Positions 35,205 to 49,654 of a stretch of DNA of 64,000 bases are shown one piece after another. The notes under the pieces were generated by a model. That model ran no database searches, had not been told where the DNA came from, and worked only from the letters and a program-made list of their open reading frames with translations. Position 1 is the stretch's first letter. Every line of letters starts with the position of its first letter. Location: NCBI RefSeq assembly GCF_006345805.1, contig NC_043005.1:54002001-54066000 (forward strand), in the 5' to 3' direction. Made by a program: the position numbers and the translations under genes. The stretch is from Octopus sinensis. Its lineage: Eukaryota.

Positions 35205-35959
35205 TATATTAGATATATTTGCTGTATCTAATTTGTTTATCTGCATAATTGCCTCTATGCCTGCTCAACTTGATCCCTCTTTTAGCCTTTCTTTACCTTG
35301 TGGAAATGATCCCTGGTAAAAATATCAGAGTCTAAGTTTGAATCTTTTGAACACTGCTAAGTGTCTTCTGTACTAAGAATCTCTGGATCTCATCTGTGAA
35401 CTACACACATACACACGTGTGCATGCGCACATGCATCTGTGTGTGTGTGTAAAAGAATATTTAATGCAGGGAGCATTAAAATATCAACTAGTAAAACTTT
35501 GAAGAGTTATGAGAAAAGTCCTATTAGTGGGGTAGAAAGGGCTCCTTAGCCGTAGTGAAGGCAATCTATCTAGGGAGATAACCTTACAATAAATCACTTG
35601 GTCCGTAGCTGAGAAATACTGGGTTGACGTCCAGCGGGAACAGCTTTGTTTCATGGAGGAGGAAAGATCTTCTTTAGTACTTGGTTGTACAATGCTTTCC
35701 AATGTGTGTAGGTGTGGCGCGCGCACACATTATTAGCCATTTGAAAAGACTATGGAATTTACGTCTCGACCACGGTCGAACAATGATGATGATGATTAGT
35801 CAATGATTGTTGTGACTATATCAGCAAGTATGGGAAATAACTCCAGATATTTTCAGTCTTATAATGAACTCACCAGTAACACACAGACTTTACTGTACTT
35901 TCACTAATAACATTAAGTTACAAAATTGATTTCCATCAATTTGAGATGGAGTCTTTTTT

Positions 35960-36345
35960 TTCTTTTATTTGTTTCAGTCATTTGACTGCGACCATGCTGG
36001 AGCACCACCTTTAGTCAAGCAAACCGACCCCAGGACTTATTCTTTGTAAGCCTAGTACTTATTCTCTCAGTCTCTCTTGCCGAACCACTAAGTAATGGGA
36101 GCATAAATACACCAGCATCGGTTGTCAAGCGATGTTGGGAGGACAAACACAGACACACAAATAAATACATACACATATCTATATATCGACGGGCTTCTTT
36201 CAGTTTCCATCTGCCAAATCCACTCACAAGGCTTTGGTCAGCCTGAGGCTATAGTAGAAGACACTTGCTCAAGGTGCCATGCAGTGGGACTGAACCCGGA
36301 ACCATATGGTTGGTAAGCAAGCTACTTACCACACAGCCAATTCTA
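35960..36345 (-). mobile_element. SINE family B, full length
   Basis: Tail, microsatellite and head in reverse orientation. Confidence 0.92.
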
Positions 36346-37714
36346 TGTCAGGAATTTTTATTTAAAACATTACAATTTCAAATTATAGATTTCTACTTCT
36401 TGACAATAGTTTTTGAAATTATTTTTTTTTTAAAAAGTAGATGTTTCTCCCCTGTTCCAGAATTTAATGTATTAGCTGCATACAAAAGAGAGTGACTTAT
36501 ACATAACACCTTCGCCACTGTCTATCTAGATGACAATGCATTTCACTCCTGCTTAACAGTCAATTTGTGTCAGGATAGGAATCTTCCCATGCTGTAAAAA
36601 TGACACATAAATATCCTAATTCCTTGAAGTTACTTGAATGATGGAAATGCAAAATTAAATATCTTGACCAGAAACACATAAAGCATTTACAGCAGGTCAC
36701 ATGACCCAGGAAACCAAATTGCCCAAGCCAACTTCATTCCGCTTATGCTCACATATCTCAGAGTCTCCACTGGTATCTTATGTACACACCTGAAAATATC
36801 TTGTTGTAACCTATTTTACAATCTACTTATTTGTCCAACTCTGGTTTGCCTTATTCTGGAACTCCTTTTCATTTGGTTATTCTTTATCAAGAGTCTAATA
36901 GTTCAGATATTTGCATATAAATTTGCATAAATCTATGTTATCTATTGTTCTTTACTTTCGCTTTCCATGTTTAAGAGAACAGAAAAAGAAAAGGGCTTCA
37001 AGAATAATCCCTCCACTACAGATCGAATAAAGCCTGCACCAAGTCAATGAGCTCATTTGACAACCATTATACAAGGACATCACCCCAAACAGAACACCAA
37101 TGCATCATAGGATTAGTTCTCTACATACCAATACTGCTCATTTTCAGCTGAATGGACTTAAGTAATGTGATATTAAGTGCTTTTCTCAAGGACACAGCTC
37201 TTCATAATGCCCAGGAATCAAACTCACAAATTAACAATTGTGAGAGCTCAAAACCACAACCACCAGAACACAATATCACACAGACTAAGTGGTAAAATAA
37301 AATAATTTTGCTAACCAAGTGTCAAACATACATGATTTTCAAAAATTACGATGCACATCACCATTAGAGTATTCTATGATGCACAGATTTCTTGAAAACA
37401 TTTAAGAGCCACTATGATGAGTTTAAAATTCCATCATAATATTGCAGAAATGAGTTTAGAAATGGAAGCATATTGAATTACGTGCTTTCTTGAAAATATT
37501 TCACACAATCTTTCTCCAATAGATTAACCAATTCAGAATACTTCATTAAATTCCTTAGTATTAAATTTTTCCACTACTACGGAACAATTCAATTGCCTTA
37601 AAGTCCATCTGCTCCAGAAATCCATATTTCTTTTTTTGCTTAAATATTTTTTCTCTCTGTCTTTAAAATTTTATGAACACGCTGGAGTGTATTGATTGTG
37701 AAGGGACACTTTGA

Positions 37715-37749
37715 TTAAAGAGAGAGAAAGAGAGACAGACAGAGTGAGT

Positions 37750-37781
<32 letters not shown>

Positions 37782-38484
37782 GAGAGAAACAGACAGATAG
37801 ACAGATAGAGACAGAGAAACAAGAGACAAAAGCAAAAAAGAAAAGACAGCAGAAGTTTTGAGTTTAATAGTCTCATGCTTTAAAAAAAACAGAATGACTT
37901 TTTTTCTAATAACCTGACACAGAAACACTATGTACACATATACATACATATATACACATATGTACATATATGTGTGTGAGTGTGTGGGTATATACATATA
38001 TATACACATATATTTGCATACTCACACATATACATACATACATACATAAATGTATATATATATATATATATATGCAATTTATATTTGCATATATATATAT
38101 GCAGAAATATACACATATATATATATATATATGCAATTTATATTTGCATATATATATATGCAGAAATATACACACACACATATATATATGCATTTATATG
38201 TACCTATATAACCATTAGAACATGCAGACTTTTACATTGCTACTTATTCATACTATCAGATGCATGCAAGTATGCAAAAAACAAACAAAACTTCATCCTT
38301 ATAATATAGAATTTCAAATTATATATAAGTATAAGCATTCTCTTTATACATACACATATACATATACAAATATATGCATACTTAAGTATACATGTATAAA
38401 TATATATATGCATGTGCATATACATATATATATATATATAATATATATATATATATAATATATATATATGCATATATATATATG

Positions 38485-38529
<45 letters not shown>

Positions 38530-38992
38530 TATGTATGTATGTATGCATATATATGTGCATTTATGCTGAAGCATACACAGAACAAATAAACAACTTTGTA
38601 AATTTTCTATATTCATGCATACAGAGTTGTATTAATAGCTGTCCAAGTTCTTTATTACAATGCTGAAGGTTCTGTCAACTGGAGTAGAAAATGGAAAAAG
38701 AATATTCTAGATTGTATATGAAATCCATTGCTCATATATAATCTTCTTTTCGAAACAAATATATAAAAAAAAATAATTTAAAAAAAAGCTAGAAAGAAAG
38801 AAAAATTTACAGAACATTGCTGGTCCATTCTTTCCTTCTTTCTTCTTTTTTTTTTATAGATATTTCTGTTCTTTGCAACAAAATGGCTTATTGGTTCATT
38901 CAAATACCCAAGTTTCTTCCCTAATTTTCATTCTCTACATCTTTGTCACTATCTATATGTATTTATATATACATGCATACATACATACATGT

Positions 38993-39023
<31 letters not shown>

Positions 39024-39851
39024 TATACATACATATATGTACATATATATATATATATATATATTTATACTCACTCACACTCACACATATCTATACACTC
39101 TCACACACAAACACACATACACACATACACACATTCACACACATAAATATACATATTTTTTTCTGATGCTCTCTATTTCTCAGGTTTTCTACACTTGTTA
39201 TTTTCTTTTTTAACATACTTTCTCTTTTATATTCTCCTTCCCTCTTTGGTTCTCTCTCTTATTTGTTCTTTTTTTTTTTTTTTTTTTTGCTTTTCACTGT
39301 TTGAATAAATTGGTGATATTCCTTTTACATGAATACACATCAAGTTTTTCTTTCCCCTCAATTTTCCATATAAGTTTTATTCTATTTCTAAACTGCTTAT
39401 ATGGAGTATATCTTACTCCTCACCAACCATATACAATAGTGTATATATATATGTGCTTATATATATGGATATATGTATATATGTGCATGTCTGTATGCAT
39501 GTATATCTATATACATATTCATATGCATATGCATATGTATATAAGTGTATGTATATTATGCCTCATTTATATATATACATATATATATACATATATATAA
39601 ATAAATGTATGTATGTATATATCATGCATACGTACATATACAAACTTTATATAAACCCATAAACCTAATTACCTTCTTGACAAGGATGTAAACAAAGTGG
39701 AAATGAATAACATAGAAAGTTTATCTAATAACCGAAGCTGTAAGACCAGCTAACTTGCAGCATGTTATTGCTTGAATGCAGTTGAGATGACATTTTTCTT
39801 CTACCTTTCCTTTTATTTTTCTCTAATATATACACATGCATATGTATATAT

Positions 39852-39903
<52 letters not shown>

Positions 39904-39982
39904 CATATGAAGGTAGATAAATAGATAGACAGATAGGTAGATAAAGATATATATATATATGTTTATGGAGAGGTAGGCATAT

Positions 39983-40024
<42 letters not shown>

Positions 40025-40422
40025 ATATATATATGCATGAACACATGCTTGTATGCATATGTGTGTGTGTATGTAGGTATACAGTCGTATGTAGTGGCCT
40101 AAGTATACATAGGAGTGTTATGAGGGAATAACAAAGAACAGTTTGAGTGGAAAAAAAGCAGAAAGTGTTTCAGATTGTAAAATGAAGGAGAAATAAGTAA
40201 TTGGAGAAAGAACGTGACTAGGAAATAAAGAGGAAAGGATAATGATGATGATGATGATGATGAGGATGGTGGTGGTAATGAATGAAGTAAAAGGAACAAA
40301 CGGACAAAACAAACAGACAGACTGAAAGATATGTGCTTAGTTTCATAAATAAATAGCTTGATATATAGGAAGATAGATAGATCAATAAATATATAGCTCA
40401 ATAAACAGAAAGATAGATAGAT

Positions 40423-40498
<76 letters not shown>

Positions 40499-40594
40499 TA
40501 GTAGATTAGAATGTAGGTAAATAGGTTGAAACACAGAGTTTGCAAGCTCATTAACAAGGTATATCACCTAGCTATATATATGTGAGCCAAATAC

Positions 40595-40630
<36 letters not shown>

Positions 40631-41120
40631 CGTGCTAAATGGTCAATTGACTCTGTTAGACATGGCAGTCAAATCTCCTCCAAACTGCATCCCACCATTA
40701 TAAAAATTTGATATAGAAGGAAGGACTCAGTAGGCAGTCTGATTCTGAATATCAAAATAAGGAAAAAAATGTCTGGAGAGTTATGGCTGAAATTCCATTT
40801 TTCAACAACCTGATAATATTACTACTTAACTACTACTTACCTAATGGATAGTATATTGATGGGTTTTTAGATAGTCAGGTAAACAAGATATATGTGTGCA
40901 TATGTATGTGTGCATATTTATATATATATACAAACATGCACACACCCATGTATATATATATATATATATACATATAAATATATATATAGATAGATACATA
41001 CATACATATATATATATATATGTATGTATAGAGAGGTAGATAGAAAGACAGAAACATATATGTGTGCGCATATGTATACACATATACACATGTGTGTGTA
41101 TGTGAATGTGTATGTGTTTG
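37715..41120. repeat. Microsatellite-dense zone: (GA)n, (AT)n, (CA)n, (GATA)n at 40370-40500
   Basis: Direct reading; interspersed with unique AT-rich stretches. Confidence 0.85.
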
Positions 41121-41335
41121 TGTTTGCACTGTGTTCGTCCCCCACTGCCACTCTCTTTTAAACCTGGGTTTGTTTGTTTACATCCCCATAATTTAGCAGT
41201 TCAGCATATGAGACCAATACAATAAGAATCAGACTTTAAAAAATTGTTAATACTGGGGGTCAGTCTGTTCAGCTAAACCCTTCAAGGCAGTGCTCCAGCA
41301 TGGCTGCAGTCCAATGACTGAAACAAGTACTGCAA
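41110..41335 (+). mobile_element. SINE family B tail (diverged)
   Basis: CCCTTCAAGGCAGTGCTCCAGCATGGCTGCAGTCCAATGACTGAAACAAG. Confidence 0.75.
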
Positions 41336-43297
41336 AACAAGAAAAAATATAAACGACATACATATGTAGATAGACAGCTCTGCAGCTAGAAAGTTGGTTG
41401 GAATATGTAGATAGATTGAAGTAACAAGAGGAAGAATTTGTAACGGCTGGCATTTATTTATCAGCTATATGTGTGTGTATGTGTGTGTCCGTGTGTGTGT
41501 GTGTGTGTGTGTGTACATGTGTGTATATGTATATATATGTGTGAATCTAGTTTGGAATATTGCCATGACTGTATAGACATGAAAATTGAACATTTTACTT
41601 CAGTAATTGAAGCACCATTTGTGTGTGTGTGTGTGTTTGTTTGTGTGTGTGTGTGTCTTTGTGTGTGTGTGTGCGCGAGCATATATATATGAATGTATTT
41701 TCACACATATGTCCAACTGGCTGAAACATTGAATGAGCATCCATTAAATTAGAAGAGCCGAAAGAACTGTTTTAGGCTAAAGGTCATGGAGGCACAATAA
41801 AACTTTTCTCCAGGCACTCTGTCTGTTGTGACCACAAGGGTTCCAGTTGTACTGATCGGTGCAGGCGGCGGAGTATTCCTTGGACATGCATACCCTTAAC
41901 ATAGTTCTCAGGGGCACTCGGCATGATACAGAATATAGCAAGGCTGGCTCTTTGAACTACAGGTACAATGCAGTTCTAAAACATCAAATCTGAAGAGCTG
42001 ATGAAGGCTTTTAAGAGAAGAAATAGTTTTTTGAATGAAATACCTTATCATCATCATCATCGAAGTCAGTAGCCTAAGGTAGTCACAAACCATATGTGCA
42101 CACAGCAAGAATCACAACACACCTCTGCGTCATTTTTTTCTGATCATCAAGCAACTTAAAGTTGCTTTCATCAACTAGCTTCAAAGAGCAGATGTGATCC
42201 ACTGCAGTCTGCATTAACTATTGCCCACTGTCCAAAAATTTCAAACAACCGATCTTATTTGAATTAACTTCCTTCCCTATTTTTTCTTCTTTTAGATTTT
42301 AAACACTTCTAAGGGGAATAGAGGGAGCTTTTGTCTCCTAATTTCATGGGTAGTCTCAAATGATCTTTTTCCACTTCCTTTACCACATATGTGTGACCTT
42401 ATCATGTCAACTAATCAAATGTTCACCATTTTGTCTGCGAACACTATGATGTTATTCAGTCAAGCCTTTTGTGATCTTCAATAGCATCTTATACTCTGGA
42501 TTTTTCCATACATGATCCTATTTGCTAAAGGTTTAGTATCATGTTACATGGCTAAAGCGCTTGATTTTTCCATCTTGTAACATGTTAATTGCCACGGCCT
42601 CTTACTGGAACTTACCACATATTTCCAATCACATTGTACAGTTTAATTACAAGGAAATGTAATTTTGTTTGCGTTTTTACAATATTTCATAATTAAATTT
42701 TAATATTTAGCACACATATTATTTAGATATCCTCGAAACCAGGTCAAAGATACAGAATAATATATTTTCTGAAATTATGAAAATGTATCACTAGTGGTGC
42801 ATATGACAGTTATGTGTAGTTTGCAGTGAACCATCGGTTGTGTATGTGGTGGTTAATATGTTAATAGATGACAGGAAAGTTTCATCCACTACACGATCCA
42901 GATCTTATTGCAGTGCCTGGCTTGTGCGGGGCAATCACCCTGAGAGCTACACTGGCAGAGCACAAGCTCCTGGTAGGATCTCTCACGTGGATATGTGAAA
43001 GAAAAAAGGCCAGACTAAAATGAATCACCTTTTCCCAAAGGTAAAAATAAGTTCGTTTAGAGTCAACATCTCTACATAGAAAAAAATGCACAATTACAAA
43101 GTATTTATGACAATTCAAAACAAATAAGACCTGGGAGAAGAAGGCTTTCCCTAAAGGAAACACAAGCAGGTTTCTGAAGCAAATCTGAAGAAAGCAGGGA
43201 GGATCCAACTAAAGAGAAGCAGAAAAGATAGCATTGAGTTGAGAACAGTGAAGAAAAGTCATGATGGTCTATGCTCTGTTGGGAGCAAAGTGCTTTG

Positions 43298-43517
43298 CCC
43301 TCTAGCATTTAAACCAGTCATATCCAGCATGGAATGTTTAACCTATTATACATTCATACAGACCAGATCCAGCTTCTCACACCTAGCCTACAATGTCATT
43401 CTAAAAATAAGCAATAACCTCAAAGGGATCTTGAAGTTACAAGATAATGCATGATTAATTCAAAATTATGTAAATAAAAAGAATTACATTTGACAAATAA
43501 ATCTGAATGCTAAAGGG
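43298..43517 (-). mobile_element. piggyBac-like MITE, near full length (about 220 bp)
   Basis: TIRs CCCTCTAGCATT / AATGCTAAAGGG with TTAA at the right flank (43518-43521). Confidence 0.75.
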
Positions 43518-43999
43518 TTAAGTAAAGAAGCAGAGTTTTATGGTTTGCCCTGTTCTTAATAATTTCTTGAACATTATAGAGAAATATCTACATTTAAAAA
43601 AAATTTTTTTCATGTAATTCTATCTCTCCTAAAAGACATTTTATCCTTACTTCTTATTTTTACTTACTGTAAAAGAGATTCTGGAAACAAAAATCCAAGT
43701 TCATTTGTTCAGCTGTATTTTTTCTTTTCTTGTTGTGCTTCTTTTTGTTTAGTTTGTTTTAGATGTCAAGTTTAAGGCTGTACTTGAGAAATGCTTTTTG
43801 AGTTTTCTCTTTAGAGAATGCAAACAGAAATCATGTAATAATAATATAATAGCTATTTTTGAATTTTCAAAATAAAATAAAATTTATCAAATATGGAGAA
43901 ACCATACAGTTTGAGCTGGCACTTTCAAATCATACAAATAAGAGGACACATCCCAGTTTCTGGGTAGACTCTTTGGTTGGATTTTATATCCAACCAAAG

Positions 44000-44400
44000 A
44001 TATGATAATCCATAATCCTGTGAAGTGTCCGAGTACCAAAGGAGTCTAGCATCTTCTAAGGGCCCTGGACAGTGTTCAAGTCTCACAATTACAGAGAAAA
44101 GAAAGCCGGAGACCTACAGACGCAAGCCTTTTTCCTCCTGCAGCACTATACACCCATGTCCAGTGAGTCCACAACTGCACCAGTTCATCCAAGTCTCCTT
44201 AGAACTTCAGACTTGTAGCTAATGCCTCTATGAATCTCACTGCCAAGATAAGTGAAGCATTCACCAATTTTCCCCTGCAACAGAAACAGACAAAATGGAG
44301 TCCTCCAAGAAACCAATGAAAGACCTGGATATTTGTCTTGAACCCAAGATCCTGTAGGATTGATGGCTCGTGTTGGTTGACCACATGCTTGAAGATCATG
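44000..44400 (-). mobile_element. Decayed RTE-clade LINE fragment (post-RT region)
   Basis: DLGF-KTNIQVF...FTYLGSEIHRGISYKSEVLRRLG*..VVDSLD, then LDSFGT-like sequence. Confidence 0.8.
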
Positions 44401-44509
44401 GCAAATGACCCTGTGGCATGCAGAGTTGGGTACTGACAGGTCATCTGGAAGGAACTGTGAATATACCAACAAATAGTCAATGCAGAAATGCACTGCAAGG
44501 GCACATGTC

Positions 44510-45500
44510 CTCACATTTGTCCTGACCCTAAATAAGGAGAGAATTAGTTGATTTCTGATATTTTAAGCATGTCTTTTTCTGTGAAGAAATCTGATGTGAA
44601 ATAGTACACTAGAAAATGTCAACTCTCACCTCTTTTCACGAATCATGTGCATATTGTTATATCAAGTGCCTTTTGCTACCAAAAAACCATCGTTAGTTGC
44701 CTCATGTTCAGTTCTGTTTTTAACTGTTTTTGGAATACTGATTGGTTCCTATTAATACATGCCTGAAATTCTGTACAACCTCACCTTTATATGCCCACAT
44801 ATATAAAATGCATTTTCTCCCGAAGACCATTGTTAGTTCCTTCAGATTCAATTCTTTTTTTAGCAGTTTTTTGAATAATGATTAACTGGCATACTGATTT
44901 CCACATTAGGTGAAATGCTTAGCGGTGTTCCATCCATTTTCACGTTCTGCAATGGTGCATGCCCTCACACTTGTCCTGACCTGAAATAAGGAGAGAGTTA
45001 ATTGATTTCTGATACTTCAGGCAAGTCTTTTCTAAGAAATCAGATGTGTAACCTTTCATGGTTGATAAAATAGATACCAGTTGAATATTGGGGACAATGT
45101 AATCAACTATCCACCTCCCCCAAATTTCAGGCCTTGTGCTTATAATAGAAAGGAGTATATACCTGGAATTCTGTACAACCTCACCTTTATATACTCCCAT
45201 ATCAAGTGCAATTTGCTACCAAAAACTATCATTAGTTCCCTCAGATTCATTTGTTTCTTAGCTATTTTTTGAATACTGGTTGGTTCCTAATTGTATGTAC
45301 CTGAATTTCTGTACGTTCTCACCTTTATATATACACATATATCAAGTGTTCTTCACTACCAAAGACCATTATTAGTTACCTCACATTCAGTTCTTTCCTT
45401 AGCAGTTTTTTGAATAGTGATGGGTAGTGATTAGTATATTCCTGAAATAGTGATTCCTGAAATTTTATACAATCTCACCTTTATATTCCAGCATATACCA
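44510..45500. repeat. Degenerate minisatellite, about 138-156-bp unit, about 5 copies in two blocks
   Basis: CTCACCT(TTATAT) anchors at 44625, 44780, 45180, 45318 and 45474. A separate 75-bp duplicate lies at 44512 and 44967. Confidence 0.8.
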
Positions 45501-46279
45501 AATGTGTGTGGTGACTGATAGATATTTCTGCCCAAGCTATGTTTTATTTAATTGACTTTCCATCAGAATATTTTGTATAGTGTTTGTTGATATAACGGCA
45601 ACTTAGCATGAAATATAATAACCAGCTGTGCTATGTCTGATGACATTTTAACTACAGTAGAAAACAACATAAGCTATGGCTACTGAAATAACTTCTTTGT
45701 TGTTTGTTATTTAGCACCTAGTCAGCCTTGATCAAGCAAGCCCATAAACAAAAGCTTTCCATTTATGGCCATACAACGTCATTTTTTTCCTGTTTTAAAG
45801 ATATATTTAGGACTATATTATTCAACGTGCCCAGCACTTCTTTAAGACAGTAGGGTGTAATGTGAGGGAGATTTAGCTGTTATTTCTTGAAAATTTATTT
45901 ACCACATAGAGGTTTATTTATTCCCTTCCTTGCAAGTATATAAATCCTTCTTTATTTGGTTGTAACCAGGAAACTGGATCTATTATCCTTATTATGCTAT
46001 AACCTGGAAACAATCTCACAGTGATTAAAATATGTTCACATATTTTTACGTGTACCAGTTTAATGTATCACACACTAATACATATTTACACATATATACA
46101 CATGCATAAATGCAAGGAGATTTCTTTTCAAGGTATTAAAAGCTCTTCTTTGTTCTGTTTTAATGTATTTGAATTTTAATTTTTGCATAATCCTTTGGTT
46201 TTTATATTTTATATTTTAAACCAGTTAAGACAAGTGACACCTCTTTCTCTCCCTCTCTCTAGCAATATTTTCATCTTCC

Positions 46280-46711
46280 TAAGGTGGCGAGCTGGCAGAG
46301 TCGTTAGCACGCCGGGTGAAATACTTAGCAGTATTTCGTCTGCCGCCATGTTCTGAGTTCAAATTCCACCAAGGTCGACTTTGCCTTTCATCCTTTCGGG
46401 GTCGATAAATTAAGTACCAGTTACACACTGGGGTCGCTGTAATCGACTTAATCCCTTTGTCTGTCCTTGTTTGTCCCCTCTATGTTTAGCCCCTTGTGGG
46501 CAATAAAGAAATAAGAAACATTAGCATGCTGGATGAAATGCTTAGCTATATTTCATCTGTCTTTATGTTCTGATTTCAAATTCCACCAAGGTCAACTTTG
46601 CCTTTCATCCTTTCAGGGTTGATAAATTAAGTACCAGCTGCATACTGCGGTCGATCTAATTGACCGGCCCCTTTCCCCAAAATTTCGAGCCTTGTGCCTA
46701 GAGTAGAAAAG
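46280..46711 (+). mobile_element. SINE family A dimer bounded by one TSD
   Basis: 16-bp AATATTTTC(A/C)TCTTCC at 46264-46279 and 46712-46727. Confidence 0.88.
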
Positions 46712-46835
46712 AATATTTTCCTCTTCCAGTAAGGACAATTGCTTTACATGAATATTTTTACCAGCAGTTAAAAAAACAAAAACAAAAAAAATATAGCAGA
46801 CCAGAGGAAATTAATTTTTTTTTATTTTGTCAGAA

Positions 46836-47120
46836 ATGGCTTAGTGGTTAAGGTACTGAGCTCGGGATTGTAAGGCCTCGAGTTTGATTCCTAGAGGTAA
46901 GTTGTGTCTTTGTTCAAGAAACTTTATTTCCTGTTGCTCCAGTCCATTCAGCTGGCAAAAATGAGTAGTACCTCTGTTTCAAACAGCCAGTCTTGTCACA
47001 TTCTGTGTCGTGCTGAATCATCCTGAGAACTACATTACGGGTATGTGTATTTGTGGAGTGCTCAGCCACTTGCACATTAATTTCACAAGCAGGCTGTCCC
47101 ATTGATCAGATCAGCTGAAA
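46836..47120 (+). mobile_element. SINE family C variant
   Basis: TGGCTTAGTGGTTAAGG...GAGTTTGATTCC...GTTGCTCCAGTCCATTCAGCTGGCAAAAATGAGTA. Confidence 0.75.
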
Positions 47121-47454
47121 CTGATGGAGTGCCAGTCATAATACATCAATATTTGAAATCTTAGTGTTCAGCAACATAACTCTACTCATAATGACACATG
47201 ACCAGGAATTTATGGGGAAGTGACAGCCAGTGTAAAAAGATATGAGCAAGGAAATGATTACAGATGGCATTGAACTTGAGAAAAATATCTTGGAATAATG
47301 GTTAGTGTCAGATTAAGAGATGGATGTTCCAAAAGCGGGAAGATAAGTAGGTTGGGTTGTCTGATTGGTGGAGGTAGGAGACAAACCAGTCAACTCTGAG
47401 GAACAGAGGCCATTTACACAGTCGTACCTGCACGTTATTATCATTGTTATATCT

Positions 47455-47668
47455 AAGGTGGTGAACTGGCAGAAACATTAGCACACCAGGCAAATTGCTT
47501 AGTAGTATTTGTCTGTCTGTATGTTCTGAGTTCAAATTCCGCTGAGGTCAACTTTGCCTTTCATCCTTTCAGGGTAGATAAATTAAGTACCAGTCACGTA
47601 CTGGGGTTGATCTAATCGACTGGCCCCCTCCCCTAAAATTTCAGGCCTTGTGCCTAGAGTAGAAAAAA
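47455..47668 (+). mobile_element. SINE family A
   Basis: 17-bp TSD TTATCATTGTTATATCT at 47438-47454 and 47669-47685. Confidence 0.9.
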
Positions 47669-49031
47669 TTATCATTGTTATATCTGAGCTAAATAGGGAG
47701 TTTCCTTGAGGTCAATTAACCTACTAGAAATAGCAAACAAGTTTCCTTGAAATCAAACCTGCCATCCATAAATAAGAAAGGAATCCATTAGATAATGTAG
47801 GTCAACACAGAGAAAATCTGTGACTCAATAGTTAGGTTGTAGGAATCCCGATCATAGGATCACAGATTCAATTCTTAGGCCTGGCAGCATGTTGTGTTCT
47901 TGGACAAGACTCTTCATTTCCTTGCAAAAGCAGGATGTTCATGGCCTTTGATGGCAATGGCACACTAGTTTTGATGAGTCCTACATACCCCTAGAAAGAT
48001 GGGAGAATGATGGTACGAATGTATCTGATCACAAGTCTGTCTTATCAGAGTTGACCTAGGGTTAAAAATTCCTTGACAACAACAATAATATTATGTGTGT
48101 TATACTACTTTTACAAGGAACGTATCAAGCAATAAAAACACTTCAAATGCATCAGCTGCTGCTTGCAGTACAGATATTTTAGTTGTAATAGTTGTAGCTA
48201 AACTGAACTAATTCCTTACAAAAGCCCTTATATCAAAAGGTGATGCCTTTATCTCACTTAACTCAATAAATTCCCATGTAATGGATTAAATTTCTAAGCA
48301 ACGAGTTACAGATTAAAAAACAAAAAAAAAAACAGTCGTTATATTGCTATGCAGGTAAAAAAAAATTCTTTTTAAAGTGTCAATATTTATTTTAAAACAA
48401 CAAAATTTTTACTACTACTACTACTACTACTGCTAATAATAATAATAATAATAATAATGTTATTTATTGTATTTTTTATTTTTATTTTATTTTCCTACAT
48501 GTGTTTATTTATTTTTTTCCAAGAGTTATTAAATAATTTAAACGATTCCCACGATTCTCTCTGTTTAATGATTCAAGGTTAATGGCTTAAATTAAAAAGG
48601 ACATGGTAATTACTGCATGATCTGTTTAATAGAGCATGCAGTAATTTGCTAATGCTTCATTTGAGTACAACTTCAGCGATTTTTTTTTATACTCATCATC
48701 TGTGTTTTGGCTCAGGTGAATGAACAGGGTTATAATAAATTTATGACAAAAAAAAAAAACAAGAAAAAAAAAACATTTAAATGAATAATGCAAGCAAAGA
48801 AGAGAAAAGAAAAGAAAAAACAAACAAAAATAAGGAAAATAATTAAATGTAATTTCTAGTTTCATGCCAATTTTTAATGCTTTCTCTGTAGACATTTTAA
48901 ATTTACAGCATATGTTACAGAGTGGTACTAATTTCTCAGAGAAATTTAATGCTTTTAATTAAAGGAACAGGATTAATCAACCACACATATATCTATTATA
49001 TGTACATACACATGCACACACACGCACACAC

Positions 49032-49074
<43 letters not shown>

Positions 49075-49110
49075 TGCCTAAGTATATACATGTATAAATG
49101 TATTTACATA

Positions 49111-49152
<42 letters not shown>

Positions 49153-49654
49153 TACACACACATACATGCACACATGCACATGCACACACACACACATACA
49201 GGAATACCCTACACTATGGGAGAAATGCATCCTGTAAAACTTGCCATGACTGAAAATATTGCAACACAAAATTAATTTTCGGATTTATTTTCCCTATTAT
49301 AATAATGCATTCTGACAGATATTTAAAAAAGAAGAAATGAACAACAGGAACAAGCAACACAATCGCTTTTATGCATGAAAATAAAAATTTCAAGACATTC
49401 ACAGTACATAAATGTGCATATATGAAAACATTTGAAGAGAGATACATTATAGAATAAATAAGAAACATAATATCGTGCCTGGGCACAAACTTCTCACAAA
49501 AGATGTGCACTACAGTCTGAGAGGTGGTGATGGTGGTAGCAGTGACAGTGGTGATGGTGTGGTGGTGGTGGTGGTGGTGGTGGTTGTGTTGAGATAGACA
49601 AGATTGACAAAAACCAAGTAGGTTCCCGATGTAGGTTATGGAAATCAAAAGAGG

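Noticed and set aside
36908-36935. Tandem ATTTGCAT octamer motifs (also about 6628 and 38080)
   Set aside because: Short AT-rich motifs, some within microsatellite-like sequence, with no supporting context.
39684-39745. Candidate exon [18 protein letters not shown]
   Set aside because: An equally good splice-bounded open frame exists on the opposite strand, which shows how easily such signals arise here.
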